Shown here in pieces: positions 44,707-51,000 of a stretch of DNA of 51,000 bases. Below the pieces are notes generated by a model. That model saw nothing but the letters and a program-made list of their open reading frames with translations. It ran no database searches and was not told the origin of the DNA. The position numbers were made by a program, and so were the translations under genes. The stretch is from assembly GCA_041645495.1 (NCBI GenBank), contig JBAZPZ010000004.1, positions 1 to 51,000 of the forward strand, written 5' to 3'. The stretch is from Fidelibacterota bacterium. Its GTDB lineage: Bacteria > Fidelibacterota > UBA2242. Numbering within the stretch: the first letter of the stretch is position 1; each line of letters opens with the position of its first letter.

Positions 44707-46949
44707 GCGAAAGACGCCAGGAAATCACCGGACTGTTACTGATCCTTCTCGGAATTCTTGTATTCCTGAGTCTGGTGTCGTTCGATCCGATGGAAGAGCC
44801 GACGATTTCCCGGAACGTCGTCATTCAAAACTGGATGGGCATCGTCGGGATTTTCATCTCGCACTATCTCATCAAATTCACGATCGGCGTTGTGTCATTC
44901 TTTTGTCCGATTCTGTTCGTTTTGTGGGGTTGGTGGCTGTTTTCAGGAAGAGAAAAGCGCAATCTGGTTCGGTTCAGCATTTATGTCTTCATTTTATCGC
45001 TCGTCGTTTCCATATCGCTGGCGCTACCGGCGATCCGGCAGTCGATTTCATCGGACATCGGCTTTCGGTACAGCGGATTGGTCGGCGGAGCGTTGGCGAA
45101 AGTGATGTGCGATTTTCTCGGTTTTTATGGAACGATCGTCACGCTTTCCGTCGTCGCTTTGATTACGATGAGAGGTTATTTTAGTTGGAGTTTCTACGGC
45201 CCGTTCGAAAAGTTTTCGATCTGGCTGATGAACAAGCGGCAGAAAAAAGCACGCGCCGTCGTAAAAACGCCGCCCCGAACCTTCGGGGCAATTCTTAGAA
45301 AACCACCCGAGCCGGAGATACCGAAAGAAGTAGAACCGGAACCGCCCGGCATTCCGATTGAACCCGAGGAAGAAATAGATTTAGCCTTTACCGTCGATAA
45401 ACCGATCACCGATTCAAAAATCCCTCAGGCTGAGACAACCGTCGCACCGCCGGTCAGGAAAAAATACCACTTACCGACGCTTGATCTCTTAAATCCCGTT
45501 CCCGATCCCGAATATTCGGGACAGGTGACGAAGGAAGAGATGGAAGAAAATGCCGTGTTGGTCGAAAACGCGCTGGAAACTTTCGGCGTGAGCGGGAAAG
45601 TCGTGCATGTTTCGCCCGGACCGATCATCACGCGGTACGAGATCGAACCCGCGTCGGGCGTTCGGGTCAGCCGCATCGCCGCGTTGTCGGATGATCTGGC
45701 GAGAATTCTTCAGGCGAAACGGATTCGTATCGTTGCGCCGATCCCGGGTAAATCGGTCGTCGGCGTCGAAATTCCCAATCGTCATCCGTCGGTAGTTTAT
45801 ATTAAGAGCATCATCGGATCGAAACAATTCATGGACTCCGAATCGCTTTTGACGATCGCGCTGGGAAAAACAACGTCCGGCGAGATTTACACCGTCGATC
45901 TGGCGAAAATGCCTCATCTGCTGATCGCTGGAGCGACAGGTTCGGGGAAAAGCGTTTGCGTCAATTCCATCATCGCGAGCATTCTCTATCACGCCAGGCC
46001 GGACGAGGTCAAGTTCGTACTGATCGACCCCAAAAAACTGGAACTTTCGATTTATAAAGCGCTCGAAAAATATCATTTGATCACCTGCGAAGACCTGGAT
46101 GAATTTGTCATCACGCGCCCGGACAATGCGATCGTGGCGCTTCGTTCCGTCGAAATGGAAATGGAACGGCGGTATGAAATTCTCGCCGAGGCGACGGTGC
46201 GGAATATCGACGAGTTCAATGCCAAGGTGAAAAAGGGCGAGATCGAAAAGGACTTTTTCCCGTACATCATCGTCATCATCGATGAGTTGGCAGACCTGAT
46301 GCTGACCTCTGCCAAAGAGGTCGAAGAACCGATTACGCGGCTGGCGCAAATGTCCCGTGCAGTCGGCATTCATCTTATCATTGCCACGCAGAGACCGAGT
46401 GTCGATGTGATCACCGGCGTCATCAAGGCGAATTTTCCCGCGCGCATCGCTTTTCAGGTCGCATCGAAAGTTGACTCGCGGACGATTCTGGATTTGAACG
46501 GCGCCGAAAAATTATTGGGCAGAGGCGACGGACTGATCACGACACCTCAAAATCCGGAGGCATTTCGCGTCCATTGCGCGTTCATCTCACTCGATGAACT
46601 GGAAAGAATTTTGTCGTTCATTCAGAAACAGCCACAACCGGGAGAAATGGAACTTCCATCGGTTCAGGAAGAAAAAGTCGGCGACGACGGCGAATATGGA
46701 AGCGGCGAACGCGATGCGCTGTTCTATCAGGCGCTCCGATTGGTCGTTACGCATCAGCAGGGATCGATTTCGCTGTTGCAAAGACGGCTACGCATCGGCT
46801 ATTCCCGCGCGGCAAGGCTGATTGACGAACTGGAACGGGCCGGAATCGTCGGTACGTTTACCGGCAGTAAAGCCCGGGATGTTCTGGTTGATGAAACATA
46901 TCTGGAAACACTGAACGAAGAAGATTCGGAAGATTCGGACAATCCGTAA
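44703..46949 (+). CDS. ftsK: DNA translocase FtsK/SpoIIIE
   Basis: N-terminal TM helices, Pro/Glu-rich linker, motor domain (AGATGSGKSV, IVIIDELADLM) and a C-terminal gamma winged helix (SISLLQRRLRIGYSRAARLIDELE). Confidence 0.95.
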   Translation: MSERRQEITGLLLILLGILVFLSLVSFDPMEEPTISRNVVIQNWMGIVGIFISHYLIKFTIGVVSFFCPILFVLWGWWLFSGREKRNLVRFSIYVFILSLVVSISLALPAIRQSISSDIGFRYSGLVGGALAKVMCDFLGFYGTIVTLSVVALITMRGYFSWSFYGPFEKFSIWLMNKRQKKARAVVKTPPRTFGAILRKPPEPEIPKEVEPEPPGIPIEPEEEIDLAFTVDKPITDSKIPQAETTVAPPVRKKYHLPTLDLLNPVPDPEYSGQVTKEEMEENAVLVENALETFGVSGKVVHVSPGPIITRYEIEPASGVRVSRIAALSDDLARILQAKRIRIVAPIPGKSVVGVEIPNRHPSVVYIKSIIGSKQFMDSESLLTIALGKTTSGEIYTVDLAKMPHLLIAGATGSGKSVCVNSIIASILYHARPDEVKFVLIDPKKLELSIYKALEKYHLITCEDLDEFVITRPDNAIVALRSVEMEMERRYEILAEATVRNIDEFNAKVKKGEIEKDFFPYIIVIIDELADLMLTSAKEVEEPITRLAQMSRAVGIHLIIATQRPSVDVITGVIKANFPARIAFQVASKVDSRTILDLNGAEKLLGRGDGLITTPQNPEAFRVHCAFISLDELERILSFIQKQPQPGEMELPSVQEEKVGDDGEYGSGERDALFYQALRLVVTHQQGSISLLQRRLRIGYSRAARLIDELERAGIVGTFTGSKARDVLVDETYLETLNEEDSEDSDNP

Positions 46950-47023
46950 TCTTATTTTCTGTGAGAAATATCACGATGACGCTGTCCGGAAATTCTTATA
47001 CTATTTGGAAATTTTTGTAATTC

Positions 47024-47662
47024 ATGACGATATCTTCACTCCATAAATTTTTTGTCGTACTGTTATGCGGTTTCGTGTTGGCGTTTTCTTCGGAAAATGA
47101 CACGCTTGAGCAGGTGAAAAAATACTATTTGTCGTCGGTTCCTTTTCAGGTTCAACTGACTGTTCGTCAAAAATCGCAGGCTCAGAAATCTTCCAGCGAA
47201 ACCGTAGGTGCATTTTATCTGGGAAAGAACGACCGGTTTCGCGTCGATTTTCCGGAGCAAACAGTCATATTTGACGGTAAAGCATTATGGAGCCTCGATA
47301 AAAAAACCGATCAGGTGATCGTCGAGGAAGTGAACCCGCGTTCGGGCATGAAGCTCATCTACGATTTGATGATAGGAAATTGGTCGGGATTTTCTATCGG
47401 GAATTGCACAACTCAAAAGCCCGGCAGTCTGACCCGCCTGCAACTGACGCCAAAAGATAAAAACGCCTTTTTTAAATCTATCACTCTGACTATCGATCTA
47501 AAAAGTGGAATATTAAAAAGCATCGTTTACCGGGATTTCCAGAAAAATGATGTCACAATTGTCATCGCTGATGAAAAATCGTGCGAAAAAGAGGAAAAGG
47601 AGATCTTCCGGACTGACCAGTTTCAGAAGAAACAAATCATCGATTTGAGGAATGGAAATTGA
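47024..47662 (+). CDS. LolA-like outer-membrane lipoprotein carrier/sorting protein
   Basis: Signal peptide. F.Q....S........G.FYL.K.DRFRVDF......IFDGK.LW..D is a pattern typical of the LolA fold. Confidence 0.6.
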   Translation: MTISSLHKFFVVLLCGFVLAFSSENDTLEQVKKYYLSSVPFQVQLTVRQKSQAQKSSSETVGAFYLGKNDRFRVDFPEQTVIFDGKALWSLDKKTDQVIVEEVNPRSGMKLIYDLMIGNWSGFSIGNCTTQKPGSLTRLQLTPKDKNAFFKSITLTIDLKSGILKSIVYRDFQKNDVTIVIADEKSCEKEEKEIFRTDQFQKKQIIDLRNGN

Positions 47663-48654
47663 CGTCGGGGTTGCGTAAAAAATTTCTTAACTGGAAAGTA
47701 CTGGCTGGCATTTTGTTAAGTGCGGCGGGACTCTATATCGGATTCAGAAAATTCGATGGCGCCGCTTTCATGGCTTCGCTCCGACAAACGAATCTTTGGC
47801 TGTTCCTGCTGGCAATGGCTCTGATGGTTTTCACGGTTTTTCTTCGTGCGTGGCGATGGAAATACCTTATCATGCCACTAAAAAAAATTCCTATGAAACA
47901 TTTGTTCGCATCGGAAATGATATGTTATTTCGGAAACAATGTGTTTCCTTTGCGGTTCGGTGAATTGCTTCGCTGTTACGCGCTGAATCAATCGACCGGT
48001 CTCTCTTCGGTGTCGATTTTCGGAACTGTTGTCGTCGAAAGAATAATCGACGTCATTACGTTTTTCGTCATCATGTTGATAACGATCTTTGTGTTTCCGG
48101 GATTACCCGAAATGATACGGCACGGTGGAATTATCGCGGTATTTATTATTTTACTTGTCGGCATTTTGGTTTATATTTTAGAAATGAAAAAGACGACTAT
48201 CAGAAAATTCGTCAATCAATGGACAAATAAGAGCAAACATGGAATGAAAATTCTGGACATATTCAATCGGTTCCGGCAGGGATTGACGACGTTGAGAAAG
48301 ACGCCGCACCTCGGTATGATCGCCTTACAGTCGGCGACTATCTGGAGCATTTGCATTTTCATCAACTGGATCGTCGGAGTCTCATTGGATACACAGTTTT
48401 CGCTCTACGAAGTCTTGCTCATCTTTTTCGTAACATCTGCGATCATTTCGGTGCCATCTGCACCCGGATATGTAGGTACCTATCATGCGGGTGCTATCGG
48501 AATTTTGGTTTTTTTGGGTGTCGAATTGAGCAAAGCGCAGGCAATTGCCGTTATTTTGCATGCAGTCGGGTTTATTTCGTTGACCTCGATCGGGCTGCTC
48601 TATTTTTTAAGATATTCCGTTCGCGCCAACGGTTCTGAGTTTGAGAAAGGATAA
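47659..48654 (+). CDS. UPF0104/LPG-synthase-TM-like (flippase-like) integral membrane protein
   Basis: 331 aa with about 8 TM helices. RAWRWKYL and ...GELLR... motifs are typical of the family. TTG start (TTGA overlap). Confidence 0.7.
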   Translation: MTSGLRKKFLNWKVLAGILLSAAGLYIGFRKFDGAAFMASLRQTNLWLFLLAMALMVFTVFLRAWRWKYLIMPLKKIPMKHLFASEMICYFGNNVFPLRFGELLRCYALNQSTGLSSVSIFGTVVVERIIDVITFFVIMLITIFVFPGLPEMIRHGGIIAVFIILLVGILVYILEMKKTTIRKFVNQWTNKSKHGMKILDIFNRFRQGLTTLRKTPHLGMIALQSATIWSICIFINWIVGVSLDTQFSLYEVLLIFFVTSAIISVPSAPGYVGTYHAGAIGILVFLGVELSKAQAIAVILHAVGFISLTSIGLLYFLRYSVRANGSEFEKG

Positions 48655-48665
48655 AAAAGGAAGAG

Positions 48666-51000
48666 ATGGAAGGATTAAACAACCAATCGCAATCCGATTT
48701 TCAGGAAAAAGAGGTTTCCTTACAGGATTACCTTCGCATTTTATATCACGGCAGATGGATCATCGGAATTTTATTCGTTCTGGTGATGATTATAACCACC
48801 TATATTACTTTTACGACAACGCCGCAATATCAATCTACGACGCTTCTTTCATTGGCAGGCAGAGCAGGACAGACTTCTACGCTGTTTTCAAATCCGTTTA
48901 TGCCGACCAATATGATGAAAGTGAATAACGAGATTGAAGTCCTTAAGAGCAATGCATTGTCCCGTCGCGTCATTGTCGCGCTCAGACAATCGCCTTATGC
49001 CGATACGCTGTACATTCTCGGCACGCGACATTATCAACAAAAAGGGCTGGATTTTAAGAAAGTTTTTAAGCCGTTAGTATTCGGCCTTGAAAGTATTTTT
49101 CAAAACAGCCCATTCGATACATCTACCTCTGCCATCGATACACTGGATAGGGCGCTGGTTCGGGCTCTTCAAGCCAGCATGAAAGTGGAACCGATTCGTG
49201 AAACGGAAGCGGTAAGATTAACTGTTACATCCGCGAGTCCGAACGAAGCCGCGTTTCTTGCCAATATGATTGCGCGGGAATATTACCGGCTTGACCTTGA
49301 GTTCAACCTGGGAGAAGTGGTTGAGGTCAAGAATTTCCTCGAGGAGCAATTAGTTGACATTGAAAAAGATCTGACGACGTCTGAAGAAGCGCTCAAGGAC
49401 TTTCAAAAACGTGAAGGGGTCTTCGGGCTTGACGAAACCGCACAAACGCTCATTGATCAACTATCTACTTTTGAAGCTACATATTACACTTCACTGGCTG
49501 AAATGGAGATTGCGAAAAAGAAATGGGATAACCAGCAAAAGATTCTGACTGACCGCGAACAGATGGTGTTAAAAGAGGCGGTTAATACGACCAATCCGTT
49601 GATCGCTCAATTGAGACAGGCAATCGCTGAAATCGAAGCTCAAAAAATCACTGCAATGGCGATTCAGGGTTATAAGACAGGCGATGTAGCTATTCGGGAA
49701 TTGGACGGCCGTATACAAGAACTTAAATTGAAATTATTTAAAGAAGCGGAAAATCTAACGAACTTAGGTTTGTCGCCAGAGGAACAATCTAAAATTTCTT
49801 CCGATCTTTTACGCGATGTCCTTTTCACCAGTGTCGAGAAAATTGCACTTGAAGCCAAATGCTCCGAATATAAAGATCTGGTCAATCAATATGCCGCCAA
49901 ACTCAACAAACTTCCCGAAAGCAGTCTGCAATATGCACGCCTGGATCGCGAGCGGCAGGTCAACGAAAAGTACTTCATCCTGATGAAAACAAAATATCAG
50001 GAGTCCCGCATCACCGAAGCGAGCAAAATCAGCAACATTCGAATCGTCGATCCGGCCGTTCCACCGGAAAAACCCGTGAAACCCAAAAAGAAAATGAACA
50101 TGTTGCTGGGATTGTTTCTCGGCCTCGGCCTCGGCGTCGGAATCGCCTTCGTCAGGGATTATTTAGACCATTCGATCAAGAGCACCGAAGATTTGCAGCG
50201 GCTTGGGCTTGCGACGATTTCGATCATACCGAAGATCGACGTGAAAAGCGCTATCGAGAAATCCTTAAAGGTATTTAAAGGCGAAAACCTCGAACATTCG
50301 CTCAAATCACGGCTCGTGACGCATTACGATCCCAAGTCTTCCGTCGCGGAAGCTTACCGGACTTTGCGAACGAATATCCAATTTATGAATCCCGATAATC
50401 CGATCCGGACGCTGGTCGTCTCCAGCGCCGGTCCGGGCGACGGAAAATCAACCACCGTCGTCAACATCGCAATTACGTTCGCCAGTTTGGGAAAGAAAAC
50501 GCTATTGATCGATGGTGATCTTCGGAAACCGATTCTGCACAAGGTGTTTGATGTCTCGCGCGGACCCGGATTGACCCATGCGATGATCGAAGATTTGAAT
50601 GATTCCGACATCATCCGGGCGACGGAAATCCCAAACCTGTACCTTATCACGTGCGGAGATATTCCGCCGAATCCTTCGGAAATCCTGTCTTCTCAGAAGC
50701 TGAAAAACTTTATCGAGCGCATGAAGAGCGAGTTCGAGATCATTCTCTTCGATTCCCCGCCGATTATCGCCGTTACTGACGCCAGCATCATGTCAAAGAT
50801 GACTGACGCCATTTTATTGGTCGTCAAAGCTAGCGTGACGGACACCCGCGTCGTAGCGCGCGCCGTCGAACTCCTGAAACAGGTAAAGACGCACTTGATC
50901 GGCGCTGTCCTGAACGGCGTCAACATCACCGCCGGTTACGATTCCTATTATTACTACTATCATTACTATTACTATTACGGCGACGGCGGCAAGAAGAAAA
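48666..51000 (+). CDS. Polysaccharide-biosynthesis tyrosine autokinase (Wzz/GumC chain-length domain plus BY-kinase, Wzc/EpsB-like), 3' end beyond the window
   Basis: Edge-truncated, so absent from the track. Hand translation from ATG 48666 gives MEGLNNQSQSDFQEKEVSLQDYLRILYHGRW.... It shows TM1, a coiled-coil periplasmic domain, TM2 (MLLGLFLGLGLGVGIAFV), Walker A SSAGPGDGKST, Walker A' LIDGDLRKP, Walker B ILFDSPP and a Tyr cluster at 50937..50978. Confidence 0.9.
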   Translation, partial: MEGLNNQSQSDFQEKEVSLQDYLRILYHGRWIIGILFVLVMIITTYITFTTTPQYQSTTLLSLAGRAGQTSTLFSNPFMPTNMMKVNNEIEVLKSNALSRRVIVALRQSPYADTLYILGTRHYQQKGLDFKKVFKPLVFGLESIFQNSPFDTSTSAIDTLDRALVRALQASMKVEPIRETEAVRLTVTSASPNEAAFLANMIAREYYRLDLEFNLGEVVEVKNFLEEQLVDIEKDLTTSEEALKDFQKREGVFGLDETAQTLIDQLSTFEATYYTSLAEMEIAKKKWDNQQKILTDREQMVLKEAVNTTNPLIAQLRQAIAEIEAQKITAMAIQGYKTGDVAIRELDGRIQELKLKLFKEAENLTNLGLSPEEQSKISSDLLRDVLFTSVEKIALEAKCSEYKDLVNQYAAKLNKLPESSLQYARLDRERQVNEKYFILMKTKYQESRITEASKISNIRIVDPAVPPEKPVKPKKKMNMLLGLFLGLGLGVGIAFVRDYLDHSIKSTEDLQRLGLATISIIPKIDVKSAIEKSLKVFKGENLEHSLKSRLVTHYDPKSSVAEAYRTLRTNIQFMNPDNPIRTLVVSSAGPGDGKSTTVVNIAITFASLGKKTLLIDGDLRKPILHKVFDVSRGPGLTHAMIEDLNDSDIIRATEIPNLYLITCGDIPPNPSEILSSQKLKNFIERMKSEFEIILFDSPPIIAVTDASIMSKMTDAILLVVKASVTDTRVVARAVELLKQVKTHLIGAVLNGVNITAGYDSYYYYYHYYYYYGDGGKKK

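Noticed and set aside
48641-48928. A 95 aa ORF spanning the UPF0104/Wzc junction.
   Set aside because: It is out of frame with the Wzc ORF, which starts at 48666 and continues open for more than 2.3 kb to the window edge with kinase motifs. The peptide is low in information.

Overview
This is a 51 kb chromosomal window from a diderm bacterium, judged by the presence of lnt, a LolA-like carrier, a beta-barrel OMP, the batABCDE aerotolerance genes, a SPOR protein and a Wzc-type tyrosine kinase. Several genes have clear AGGAGG Shine-Dalgarno sites. I support about 53 protein-coding genes. I found no rRNA, tRNA, CRISPR array or transposase.

From 16.4 kb to the right edge, every gene lies on the + strand and many junctions are 1 nt or 4 nt overlaps. 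These are mostly housekeeping genes:
- yicC-gmk-rpoZ-coaBC, a family-4 UDG, dnaB, rel, an IHF/HU-like protein, lnt
- ecfT-truA, tal, an HtrA-like protease
- purB-purC-[psd-pssA]-purS-purQ, tatA, gatA
- batABCDE, yebC-ruvC-ruvA, gcvT, ftsK
- a LolA-like protein, a UPF0104 membrane protein and the start of an exopolysaccharide tyrosine autokinase

The unusual part is the left 15 kb.
1. A tightly coupled + strand array at 1741-11238 links the following genes, with no anti-sigma kinase or sigma factor anywhere in the window. I regard it as the best candidate for an undescribed transport-regulating partner-switching module.
   - a Na/Pi cotransporter
   - a STAS (anti-sigma-antagonist-type) protein carrying a C-terminal domain of about 320 aa that I cannot assign
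   - a COG4120/COG1101/COG2984-type ABC importer with two paralogous binding proteins
   - a third, NMT1-type binding protein
   - a membrane Cache-HAMP-SpoIIE(PP2C) phosphatase
2. A convergent AbiEi/AbiEii type IV toxin-antitoxin (abortive infection) pair at 11285-12714 has a perfect 7+2+7 palindrome in its putative promoter. It sits next to an NFACT/RqcH-like gene.

All functional calls come from motif recognition by eye in the supplied translations. No database search was run.
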